A stretch of DNA of 64,000 bases from Mobula hypostoma. Lineage: Eukaryota. The position numbers were made by a program, and so were the translations under genes. The stretch is from the NCBI RefSeq assembly GCF_963921235.1, contig NC_086108.1:40612001-40676000 (forward strand), given 5' to 3'. Positions 50,539-62,679 of this stretch are shown here, in pieces (position 1 is the stretch's first letter; the number at the start of each line of letters is the position of its first letter). Under the pieces are notes generated by a model. The model saw only the letters and a program-made list of their open reading frames with translations. It did not search any database and was not told the origin of the DNA.

Positions 50539-51233
50539 TGTAAGGGGGTTTCGATTTTTATGTTACTGCAGAAGCTAATTAAAATGGCGTCTTCGTTATG
50601 TTAATCTGGGGAATGCGGCTTTGTTGTGTTAAACACCGAGAAAGTTTGCGCATAAAACAGTTTGTTTTTGCTTTAGAGTCTGATAAGGGGGTGCTATTAA
50701 CCAATTGGGATAGTTGTTATGGTTTTGGTGTATTTGAAGATACTGTATGCGCGGGGTTTTGGGGCAGAAGGCGGGAGAGCGAGGCAGAGGATGGACGAGG
50801 TGCTGTAAGTCCGCTAACGGGGTCGGACCCCGAGCGGGACGTTCGGTGAGGAGACGGAGATGGACTCGTGTGAAGCGTCTGGTCGACCACCGTTGTTGGT
50901 CCCAGGCAGCCGGTCGAGGTGGTCCGAGGGGTCGCAGGGTGAAGAAGAAGGTCCTTGAGCTCCAACGGTTTTGTGCACGAAGAGATTGAACTTTGATATA
51001 TGTGGCGCCTTTTATTTTCCTTTTATATTTTATTCTCTTTTAATTATATAGTTCCAGTAATATCTATAAACTGTAAATCATTTAATTGCATCTGGTGTAT
51101 TGTGTTATTTGGGCAGGGTGGGGTACCTCACACAGCATCCACACAAACGAATTATCCAGTTTGGCGGGGCCGAGGCTGTTTCCCTAGACGACAGCGAGCC
51201 GAGCGACCCTGAGGGTGGCCAGTGGGGGCTACA
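50539..51233 (+). repeat. 3' LTR
   Basis: tgtaaggggg...ggggctaca followed by TSD catg. Confidence 0.97.
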
Positions 51234-53589
51234 CATGTAAAATAGTCAAAAAATAATTACACCAAGAGATGGCACACTGAACTGGAAGAATACTGCCCAT
51301 AAAAAGCCTGTACATTAACTATCCTGTTCAACACTGAGGAAATGTGGAGAAAATTTTCATCAATAATCTTTAAGTGGTAGAAATCATCCAACTTATTCTC
51401 AGGGAATGGCACTGTAATGGAATTAGAAAGAGGTGTGCTGACCAATTTTGAGAAGGAACATAACTTCAAAGTACAAAGAATTATTTTTTGACTGGAGTCA
51501 TTTCTCAAGTGGATTAGCTGTCCATCATTAATTGAACCCCAGGCTCTCTCACTTTGCAGCAGCCTGCTTCCTTTGATCTGAGAGATTAAACTAATTGCAA
51601 CTGTAAAATGTTGCAGAGTGCTTGCAATGCTTGAACATGGAAATCTGTATTGAAATTAATCCTGTCAAGATGCATGATAAAACTGGAACAAACTCAAACT
51701 GCAGATCGAGACAGCAATTGGACCTACTAATTGAGTATCATTGAAATGATGCAACCATCCAACTTTGTGTCACAATATTTTCTTTGTAACATAATGCTGA
51801 CTTTCTCACAGATGAAAAGCTACCTATCAAGTAGTGCAAATCTAAGATTTGATGTTGTACTTCATTCTGGTGACATTGATTCATCTTCTAAAAGTGTTTT
51901 ACATGTTATTCAGTTTGTTTCAACAGAAAAGACTGCTTCTCACAATAATATTTTTTTTAAATCAAAGCAGTTGTGATAAATAAAGGTATTCTGCAAAATG
52001 AAACTATAATCCTACTCATTATAAGGGATTTTGGTTCAGTAAGTTAAATGTTCCACGTTGCTTTTGAAATTCTCTGGATGTTTCTTTTCCAATCATCGTA
52101 AACAGAACGATCGTAACAACTTAAATGTGATATGCTTTCATCCTCTACTGTGAAGTAACACAGTGCCAGACTCCATGTTTACTCAGGAAAGGGGGAGTAA
52201 TCTAAGTCCCGGATGTCACCTTCACTGTAAAATATGAACTCAGCTACCACCATGTGCACCTTTGACTTGTAAATTTCTGTGCTGCATCAAGGATATACTA
52301 GCTGAGTGCAGGTTTCAAAAATCACATAAGAGTTGAAAATTGCATTAGTCAGCATTACTTTTGAATAATTTGGTTCAGCATTCTAATTGCACATTTACTG
52401 GTTTATGATTAGAAATACAAATCTACCTATGTATAACTCAACAGCAGCAAGCTGGCAAAATGAGAGAGCTTTCCTTTAAAGATGTACACTCTTTCCTAAA
52501 TCCCAACCTCCCAAAGTTATTGCACAACACTACAGGAATGAACTGCTCTTCCAAGTCCCACGCTGACTGCCCTTATGGGCATGATGAAAGCATTTATTCC
52601 TGCCAACTGTATCAAGCCTTAGGGTTGTGCCCACAGAGGGACAGGATGCTGGTTTAAAGCTGTTCAAACCTTCTTTCAGGCAACAGAGGGATTATGCCAA
52701 CTCACAAGATAAATTTGTTTCCAGAAAATGGTAAACCTCCACATCCCTGTTGAAATGCTATTGGGTTGGCATACCCAGAGCTGTAACTTGTTTTTTTTTA
52801 AACATGTTAATCTTGAAAGCCAATACAATGAAATGTTAAATTCACCCCACCATGCTATGAGGGGAACATTGGACCCTGGCAGATTAGTTGGTGCAGTAAG
52901 CCTGTTTCATTATTCAATAATACCATGGCTAATACGTTATTTAATCCAGGTATTCACTATGTCTACATTATCACTGATTGAAAATCTATAAAATTCAGAG
53001 ATAAAACGAGCAAATGCCCTGGCATTATCTGCCATCCACAGAAGAGATTTGTAAACCTCTCTCTCTCTCTGGTATTCATTCCTCCCATCACTCCTGAAAA
53101 GCAGCTCCCAATTAATAGACATTTGCACTACTCCTAAATATCTCAACCGGCAGAAATATTTTTTTCTCTTTCTTCCCTCATATTATAATAAAAATCAATT
53201 AGATCTCCCCCCCCCCCAGCTACTAAACTGCAGCAAATAGCTTGTGAAATTGCAAAATTTAACTTTTGCGAGTGTTGGTATTATTCTATTAAATCTCTGA
53301 GGTAGTGCAGGATAGAATAATGTATCCTTAAGGTCTGATGCCCAGAACTGGTCTCAGAAGTCCTTTACATCTGTTGCACATTAAAGACAATTCTTTAATT
53401 TCAAGTTATTCATTATTACAGCCATATTTTCTAACATTTGCACATCCGGTACTTTTTTTTTTGCTCTTGACATTTCAAATGGAGTAAGTTCTTCCTAGGA
53501 TATCAAATTAAAAGAGGTCAAATATTTATTTCTTTCTATCATAGGAAGCTAGTTCAACAATTAAGTCTACGTCAACTCACTGAACACTG

Positions 53590-53830
53590 CCATTCTGCAC
53601 GAATTTTCCCATCAGCTCTCTCCAGTTTCACTACATAACTACAGACTAGGGAATGGTTACGGTGGCCAGTTAACCTACCTGTCTGCATGTGTTTGGTGTG
53701 TGGGGAAGACCAGAGCACTCGGGGAAGCCCATGTGGTCAAAGGTGAATTTACAAAACTCCGCACAGATGGTGGCTGGAGTTAACAATTGAATCTGTCTTG
53801 TTAGAACTTTGTGGGAGCAGTTCTACTGTT
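53590..53830 (-). mobile_element. Degenerate tRNA-derived SINE (V-SINE-like)
   Basis: gttaacctacct...tgtggggaagaccagagcactcggggaagcccatgtggtca...aaactccgcacaga is the reverse of the V-SINE core. Confidence 0.6.
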
Positions 53831-55267
53831 TCACCCAGGGCTTAGCTCTACGGTTTAGAGGATTGTTAATCAAGTGTAGACCAAATTGACTGAGTCCATG
53901 TTGTTGGGTCTTCAGTGCTTCAGCTGCATACCAGTTCCCACTTTATGACTAAAGTCAATCCTAAATTCATGTCATAAGGAAGGTTTACAGATAAAATATG
54001 TGAAAGCACCTCATGGAGGCACAATACAGCAATTAAATCATCAACACAACAGAAGGTATGTTGAGGAGTTGAGAATAAAGGTACAAGAGCCTCCTGTAGA
54101 TAAAGACCATCGGATGGGCCCCTCAGCCCATTTCTCTGACAGACCAATTTCTCTGTGTGAAAGCTGCATAAAATATTCATACAAAGAAGTTGGACTGTCA
54201 AGTAGAAAGTTCATTCATTTCTTCAAAAAAAAGCATTCCCTGCCTTCATGATGGCCAAATGCAAATCTAATACACTTTAATTTTTTTTGTGTAAATGGTA
54301 TTCTTAATTTTTCTCGCTGTATTCTAAATTCTGCTCTGTAGTCATCAGCCAAGTTCTAGTTATCGAATGATATCAAAGACTTAATTATTTATCCCTCTTC
54401 CTTCCTCAATCTGGAAGGATAAAACCCAAACCCATAAACAATACCAGTTGCTTAATATCCACTGCACTGTAATCTAAGAGAAGCCATCTGGTGCGATTCA
54501 GTCAAGCTTTCCCTCAGGATTGAAATGGCTGGTTTTTGATTCCCAGTAGGGAGAGTGGGGCAATTCTGCCTGGAGTCACCGGGTAAAAGCAAATAAGTGT
54601 TTCTCCTTAATCTACATAGTAGGGTGTACTTTAGATGCCCGATAAATTTGTCTACCACCAGCTTCTCCCTCCACCAATTGACAAAAGATGTAATTTTTAT
54701 ACTACCCTTCAAAGCAGTTTGAGAGTTAAATTACATGCCTTTGACATCGTGTTTATAAATTCATCATCTGTGTGCTAATGTTGTTCCCACAAATGCATTT
54801 TGTTTCTTTTCCTCCATTTTACAGAATTTATGGCACTTTCTGAGAAGAGTTAGCATGGTATTAGTGCAAGGCTGACATATTTTTACCCCACCCCATATTT
54901 CAAAAAGCTTATCCACTTTTTTTTTGCTCTTCTCCCTTCAGGCGGAAAGTCTCTTTCAGCTTGACTGCACCATATGAGTGTGTTTCTAGCCCAATGCTCT
55001 GGAAAAAACTCCGGTGTGAATGCACAGCAGAAGCAGATTAAAATAACCTATTTAATACTGGCTGGGTGGCAAGAGAAGCCTTGATTCTATGACTTCTTAT
55101 GTACATGTTGAAGTCCCAAATATAATTGTAACTATAGCCTAACATTTAAAATGCTAACTTCAATGTCAGCTTACATTGTTTCCTTGAATAAGATTGGGAT
55201 GTTTGGAAGCAGATGACCAACTACACCACTGTGTAAAGATGTTTCACCAGTTAGAACATAGAACATT

Positions 55268-55805
55268 ACACTTTATTATGTATACCAGCTCATTAACGCA
55301 AATATCTAATCAGCCATCATGTGGCAGCAATTCAATGCATAAAAGCATGCAGATATGGTCAACGGTTCAGTTGTTGTTCAGACCAAGCACAAGAACAGAG
55401 AAGAAATATGGCCTAAGTGAATTTGATGGCAGAATGATTCTTGGTGCCAGATGGGGTGGTTTGAGTATCCCAGAAAACTGCTGATCTCCTGGGATTTTCA
55501 CACACAATTCTCTAGAGTTTACAGACAATGGTGTGAAAAATAAGAAAACTTCTAGTGAGCGGCAGTTCTGTGGGCAAAAATGTCTTATTAATGAACAGCG
55601 TTCAGAGGAGAATAGCCAGACTGATTCAAGTTGACAGGAAAATAACAACAACAATACCTTACAACAGTGGTGTGCAGAACAGCATCTCTGAACACACAAA
55701 ATGTCAAACCTAGAGGTGGATGGGCTACAGCAGAAGATTATGAACATACATTCAGTGGGCACTTTATTAGGCACAGGAGTTACCTAATAATGTGGCCACT
55801 AAGTA
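55268..55805. mobile_element. Tc1/mariner-derived non-autonomous element
   Basis: End acctaataatgtggccactaagt is inverted relative to the internal cagtgggcactttattagg and the left cactttatta. The interior resembles the HTH start of a Tc1 transposase (LSEFDGRMILGARWGGLSI). Confidence 0.6.
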
Positions 55806-56139
55806 TACACCAGCCAATCCACCTACTAACCTGCATGAAGAACATGCACCATGCTATATCCCTTCTGTATTAAATTGTTCTGCATTCCTAGTGCTCTAAC
55901 TAAATAAATTTCTCTTAAATTCATCCAAGTAGCCATTTTATGTTAACAACGCCCTACTCCATACATAACCTTTGTTTTTGACGCAAGGCACTAATTATTG
56001 CCTGTACCTTACCATAACCCTTGGACTGAGTAAACCCAGGGGTCACTTTATGAAGGCTTCATTTACTTTCCAAATTTGAAAAGATGCAAACAGGCTGCAC
56101 ACTTATGAAAGAAAAGCTCCCATTCATATTGAATCTTTA

Positions 56140-56410
56140 ATGATTTCGGCTTTACAACTACCTTTGAAGTGTAATTGCTGTTGTAATGTAGGAAATGTGG
56201 CAGCCCTATTGCATACACCACAGATCCCACAAAGAACTATATTTATATGATAACTGGTCTATTTCTTCACTAATGCTGACTGAGGGATATCTATTAACAA
56301 GGACAAGGAGAACTGCACTATTGCTTTTCAAAATAGTGCTAGACGTTTACAACCACCTGAGACAATGCAAGAGACCTTGCCCTAAATTCTCTTCTGAGAG
56401 ATTAGGTTTT
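56140..56410 (-). mobile_element. Ancient Deu-domain SINE relic (SacSINE1/AmnSINE1-like)
   Basis: tttgaagtgtaattgctgttgtaatgtaggaaatgtggcagcc...agatcccacaaa...gagggata...ggagaact...caaaatagtgc...ccacctgaga matches the recalled DeuSINE body in reverse orientation. Confidence 0.6.
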
Positions 56411-57999
56411 AAACTACAGGGATGATTTGAATGGAACAGCTTAACGGTTTTAATGTTGGATGCAGAGCTGTTTCAAGCAAAGTGTTTGAAGTATCAACAA
56501 AGAGTTCATGCTAATATTGTGATTCAGATTAACTTGGTAATCAGCACATGCATGCAAGTGATGTTCTGAGAAAGTAGTGACTCACATTTTCTCTTGTTGG
56601 ATGCTTACTGTACACCCAAGTACAGTGGATGAACATTTCCACTGTAGGAGAGAAACCATTACTAATTCTGTTGTGTAATCAGTTGGCATTGCTTCAAAAC
56701 AAAATGCTGAAGTCCAAGCTAGCAGAGACAAGACATCAAACCATTTTACCCATGCAATGAACATAATAATGAAACGTCAGTGCACCAGTTTATTGTACAG
56801 TTACTTCCATTAAAATCAAAAACATTCAGAAAAGATTTTCACAGTCAAACTGTAACACTAATTTGTTTTGTCATGTTACTGCAAATGGAGGGTTTATAAT
56901 CCAAAGGCAAAGATTCTGATGAGCTGAATCTTGACACATGCCTGGAGCCCATCTTCCCCTCTTGGCTTCTGGTCCAGTCATTTTAGTGGACAGAATATCA
57001 TAGCCCAAGAGTGCAAAACTTGCAGTGGCATTTCTGGATTTGTACCAAGCAGTGAAGAATTAGAATTTTCACCCCTATATTTCAAAGCTCAGCATGACAA
57101 TGTGAATAAAGGCAAAGATTTTTTGTTCTTCTCCATCATAATTGCACTCCCACTGTTGAATTGACATACTGAATTGGTGAACTCTAAGTAAATCAAGCAC
57201 TTCAACAAATAACAGAAGCTCATTTGTAAATTCTAGTGAATGCTCTTCTCCATGGATGGGATATTTGACAGTAAGTGCTCTCTGACCACTAACAAGTAAT
57301 GGATCAACAATGCTACCAATGAAATGATTTTCTCCATGGAGCAGTGATAGTTCTTAGAAAGGCAAATATGAAAATGCACTTTTTACGTAATCTAAAGGCA
57401 GAAATAACATTTCAAATAATGATGCATTAACTGCTTGTTTTGAAGATGCCCACTGAACACCTGTTAGGGTGCTGCAATGGCCTTCCCACTAAGCCTTGGA
57501 ATCTTTAATACCCCCATCACGCAGTAGTATAGGCAGATGACACTAATGCCACAGTGAACTGTGGGAGATGGGAACTGCTTATGTAACAATTTCCAAAATG
57601 TTAGCATTAAATACTGTATATGCTGGACCATCATACAAGGAAGTCTTTGTTGACAGTTTCTCTTGTGAACAGTGACCCTCTTAGCTGGATGATTATTTTG
57701 ACAGCTATTAAATAAATTGGAATGATGATAGATGTTTTATTGGTGTGAGTGTAACAGTTTAAAGTTGACACTGCATTTGTGTGAGAATCCTCTTAATAAA
57801 AGCATGAATTAGGCTGGAATTAGCCAGTATTTGGACCTATTCTACTTCCTGTAACCTGTTGCACCAGTTTGTCAGCTAATGATCTTGTCCGTATCTTATG
57901 TTCATCTTTGCTCTGGTCAATTCGTATCTTTGGTCTGGGGTATTTACAGTGATCACACTGTCCTTATTTGTTTTGCAGTGAGTAAATAAGCACATATAC

Positions 58000-59531
58000 C
58001 ACCCTCTTCTGTCTGGCAGAACTGGTCCTCACCCTGAACAACTTTTCCCCTCAGCTCCCACTTTCTCCAGAATCGAGGGGTAGCCATGGGTCCCAGCTAT
58101 GCCTGCCTCTTTGTTGGCTATGCAGAACAGTCCACATTCAAAGCCTTCCTCACTACATTGACAACTGCATTGGTGCTGCTTCATGCACCCATGCTAAGCT
58201 CATCAACTTTGTCTCTAACTTCCACACTGCCCTTAAATTCACTACGTCAATTTCTGACAGCTCCCTCCCCTTTCTCAATCTCTCTGTCCCAATCTCTGGA
58301 GACAAACTGTCAACTGACATCTTTTATAAACCTACTGATTCTCACCGTCATCCCAACCATACCTCTTCCTATCCCATCTCCTGTAAAAATGCTATTTCCT
58401 TTTCTCACATCCTTCATCTCCACTGCATCTGTTCTCAGGATACAGCCTTCTTCCCCAGGACATCAGAGATATCCTCCTTCTTCAAAGGACAGGATTTCCC
58501 TCCCTCCACTGTTGATGTTGCCCTCACCCTCATCTCCATTTCCTGAACATCCACGCTCACCCCATCTCCCTGCCACCATTACCAGTGACAGCATTCCTCT
58601 TGTACTAACCTACCATTCCATCAGCCTCTGCATCTAACACATCATCCTCCGCAACTTCCGCCATATCCAAAGGGATCCGACAACTAAACCTGTCTTTACC
58701 TCCTCCCCTGTGCTTTCCTCAGAGATCTCTCCCTCTGTGATTCCCTTGTCCATTCATCTCTCCCCACTAATCTCTCTCCTGGCACTTATCCCTGCAAGTG
58801 GCCCAAATGCTCCACCTGCCCATTCATACTCCTTCACCTCCATTCAGGGCCCCAAACAGTCCATATCCAGGTGAGAAAACACTTCCCCTGCGAATCTGCT
58901 GAGGTGGTGTGTTGTGCCCGGTGCTCCCAGTGTAGCCTCCCCTACATTGGTGACAACTGTCGTAAAATGGGGGACTGCTTTGTCAAGCACCCCTGCTCCA
59001 TCCACCACAAGTGGAACTTTCTGGTAGCCAAATATTTTAATTCAAATTCCCCTTCGCGTTCCGACGCGTCTGTCAATGGCCTCCTCGTGCCAAGATGAGG
59101 CCACCCTCAGGGTGGAGAAGCATCACCTTATATTCCACTTGGGAAGCCTCCAACCTGATGGCATGAATATTGGTTTCTCCTTCCGATAATCGCCCCCACA
59201 CCACCCTCTTCCTCTATTCCCCCCTGACCTTTCACCTCTTCTCACCTGCCTATTACTTCCCTCTGCATCCCTTTCTCTTACGGTCCACTCTCCCCTCTCT
59301 TTAGATTTTTCTTCTCTAGTCCCCTGACCTTTCCCATACACCTGGCTTCACCTATCACCTTCCTTCCCCTCACTCCAACTTTTTATTCAGGCATCATCCC
59401 CCCTCCTTCTCAGTCCTGATGAAGAGTTTCAGCCCCCTAAAAAAATGGACTGCTTATTCATTTCCATAGACGCTGCCTGACTTGCTGAGTTCCTCCAGAA
59501 TTGTGTGTGTGTTGCTTTAGATTTCCACCAT
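58000..59531 (+). mobile_element. Penelope-like element, 5'-truncated (RT, GIY-YIG endonuclease and terminal repeat)
   Basis: ELVLTLNNF, GVAMGPSYACLFVGY, TDIFYKP, IPLVLTYH, CSQCSLPYIGD (YIG), VAKYFNS and HLIFHLGSLQPDGMNI remnants; PLE 3' end. Confidence 0.9.
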
Positions 59532-60604
59532 CCGCAGATTTTCTCATGTTTACTCATTGAAAGGATAGGTAACTTAAAAAGTGGTGCAAACAAAGTTGTT
59601 CTTTAAGGAGCTATCTATATATAATGATAATTAAACCATGGTTTCAAAATGTCAATATGGAAAACACTTTGAGGAACTGTCCCATGCAACACCCAAAGGT
59701 CTTTGCATTAAACAGAAACCATGCCTTGCTCTTTCCAGTAATTATTATATACTTCTTTAAGTGATGACTTTACCTAAATTCATAAGCTTAACACATTACA
59801 ATTACTCAAAATAATGGATTTCAACTTCATTGCTTTAGATAGCATTTTAAGGGGAGTTTGAAATATATTGCACAAAATTATTCATTCAAAATATGAAGAA
59901 TGATATTTTTGAAATGTCCTTCTGTTCCCTCAATTGCTTCTATTATTAATCTGGGGTGCTAGAAAAGAATGCATATTCTATATCTCCAATGTTTAAAGTA
60001 CCACTTTCCATCACCGAGATCATTACATTTGTGGAACTAAGTGACAGATTAAAATCACACACAAACCTCTGACAGGTCATTCATTTTGCCAGTTTCTTGC
60101 TCTCTGTTTGGGGAAGTCTGACGATGAGCTCTGCAATACTCAGTCCAAGAAGCCACTCTTGTGCGTGCTGAATCCAATGTTTCAGACCAGCTCAGCCTTA
60201 AGGGAAATAGTGCCAAACCCTTCCCGACATCCACTCGTGCATCATTTAGCAGGACTCATAGACAGTCATCAGGGACAGACATCTCCAGATAAAGACCCCA
60301 TCACACTCAAACAGCAACGTTACTTCTCCATGTCATGCAGCAGAAGCGTTCAGTTGCTCCTATTCCCATTTTACTTTGTGTTGTCCAAAAATGATATCAG
60401 CCTAGCAAAGCCTAATGCTACCTTTAAAGTAATTGAAAACAATAAGGGAGAGGCTGAGCCACAATAGTTAGGGTCAAAAGCGAGTCCTGTAAGTAATAAT
60501 TCTGTTCCTTGGTTACCACAGCTTATTCAGCTCCCTTACAAAATATATCTTTTTGTAACAAATACCCACTGTAAATCTATTAAATCTCAGCAACTGTTTT
60601 TAAA

Positions 60605-61215
60605 AGTCATATAACGCAGAGGTAGGCCCTTTATCCCAAATGGTTTATCCATGCCAACCATCGCTCATCCCATGTATTTATTTATCTAGAGATAGGGCTG
60701 AAAGGGCCTGTCAGCCCTTCAAGACACGCCACTCCATCATCCCCCGATTTAACACTAGCCTAATCACGGGACAATTTACAATGGCCAATGAACCTACTAA
60801 CCAGTTTGTCTTTGGACTGTGGTTTTCTCCAGGTACTGCGGTATCCTCCCAATGTGTTCTACGGGGAGGACATGCAGACTCCTTACTGATGATGTCAGAA
60901 TTGAACTCTGAACTCTGATGCCATGTTGTAATATCATCGTGTTAACCATTACAGTCCTCTAACACTCCCCCCCGCCGCCCCCGCCCAAACTGCCCATCTC
61001 CCTCTAAACCTTTCCTATTAATGTACCTGTCTAAGTGCCTTTTAAATGCTGTCAACGTACCTGCCTCAACTTCCTTTGACAGCTCATTCCACGAATGTCC
61101 ACACTCGGAGTGAAGGAATTGCCCTCAGGCTCCTATTAAATCTTTCACTCCTCACCCTCATGCTCGATTCTCTAACCCTGGGGAAAAGACTGTGCAAACT
61201 CACCTTATCTATATC
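60605..61215 (-). mobile_element. CR1 3' fragment with a nested SINE (~60678-60950)
   Basis: Minus-strand DKVSLHSLFPRVRES...ERFNRSLR (CR1 ORF2 end). The SINE-like block reads tatttatttatctagagata...cctaatcacgggacaatttacaatggccaat. Confidence 0.65.
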
Positions 61216-62449
61216 CCTCAGGTTAAAATACAAGCAAGGAACAGTAATATTCTTAGAATGATTTGCTTTGCATGGAACTATACATAAACCGATGATTTTC
61301 ACACATTCTAGTTTTCCTTTACTGTCTTCATCTCCTGCACACCTGTTCTACCTTGTGAATTGGAGGGGTAATATGGTCCCAAGAGGGGATAATCTGGTGA
61401 CTGTCCTTATTAACAAGCAGATTTGTTTCCTCTTCACTGCTGCTCTCCTTAAAATTTGGCAGTTTCTTGTCTTTTTAACATTCCTCCCATACTTTCTTCC
61501 TTTCTTTTCCTTCTTGCTGTCTCATTCAATGCCACATCACTGCTTCAATGCCTGCAACCAACTCCTGAAAAAAAATCAACTTACTTAACACAACATTTCC
61601 TCCTTCCTACTTGAACCATTTTTGTTGCGTGTACCTGTAGGCTTAGGGCAATGAACTGGCAGAGATGATCTTAAAGCAGAGGGAGAACGGAGAAGTGGTA
61701 GTCTCAGTTTTACACCTTTTAAGTACACGGTGCACCTTTTTCATTGTAGAGAGCGATTACTTTGTCAGCAATTTATCAAATACGTGGAAAAAAAATCTTA
61801 AAAAGATAACGACAGGAACCAAGACAGACAGCTCAGCTTTTGATCTACTCTGGAAAGTCAACGGATACTGAAAAGGAAAGAATTGTATTAGGAAGGAAAA
61901 TACCTTTTTCAGTTATTTTGTTAAGTCACCAAGGTTAACTTCACGCCATTCCACCATCCAGTCACAATCTGTGCACAGCCTATCCTTTCCTCAGACCTCT
62001 GGAAAGCAAAACGTAGATTAGCTTAGTGCAGCCATCATCATTTGGAGATAAGCATCATTCAGATTTACACTCCTAGTTTATTTGGCAGAAATTGATGACT
62101 TTCCATTCAATAACGTTATCCGTGCTAAAAGTGCACAGAGCAACCAACTCTGAAATGCGTTAGTTCCGCATTTAGTTTGCAGTGTTTCCTCATTTAGTAA
62201 CTCACATTGAAACACCTGCACAGTGGTATGATTACTCCGGAATGTGCCAAAGCTGAATTCCACAATCCTACAGTATCCTGGACCCAATCAGGATAGGTCC
62301 CGCTATGTACATGAGGGTGAATGGGCCAGAGGCCCTGAATCAACTGTTGCTGCTCGTCATGGAATTACCAACATCACAATGCACACTGACTAGATGGATT
62401 ATAACTGTAGGTCAGGTTCCCTGACGAGCTGCACCGGCAAGTTGATTAC

Positions 62450-62679
62450 GGATGCAAGAGATTCTTCAGATGCCGGAAATCTTGAGTGACACACATAAAA
62501 TTGCTGGAAATCTTGAGTAAAACACATAGAAGAACTTACCAAGCCAGGCAGCATCTATGGAGTTGGGGGTATAAGCAGTTGACGTTTCAGGGGTCTCAGC
62601 CTGATGCATCAATTGTTTACTCCCTCCATAGATGCTGCCTGACTTGCTGAGTTCCTTCAGAATTGTATGTGTGTATGGA
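62450..62679. mobile_element. Inverted Penelope terminal-repeat insertion
   Basis: aggcagcatctatggag is inverted against ctccatagatgctgcct, with the junction inside the hammerhead motif. 11-bp TSD aagttgattac at 62439-62449 and 62680-62690. Confidence 0.8.

Larger units (their letters stand above)
47163..51233 (+). mobile_element. Full-length non-autonomous Gypsy/Ty3 LTR retrotransposon carrying a captured myosin heavy chain fragment
   Basis: Two ~690-bp direct LTRs with TGTA...TACA ends and a 4-bp TSD CATG (47159-47162, 51234-51237). PBS, PPT, and gag, protease and RT remnants are present, plus the pol C-terminal RRSQRVKKLPDRLAY motif (~50342-50390). Confidence 0.97.

Noticed and set aside
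58086..58637. 183-aa Ser/Pro/Leu-rich ORF
   Set aside because: Frameshifted Penelope RT; only the first ~15 residues are in the real frame.
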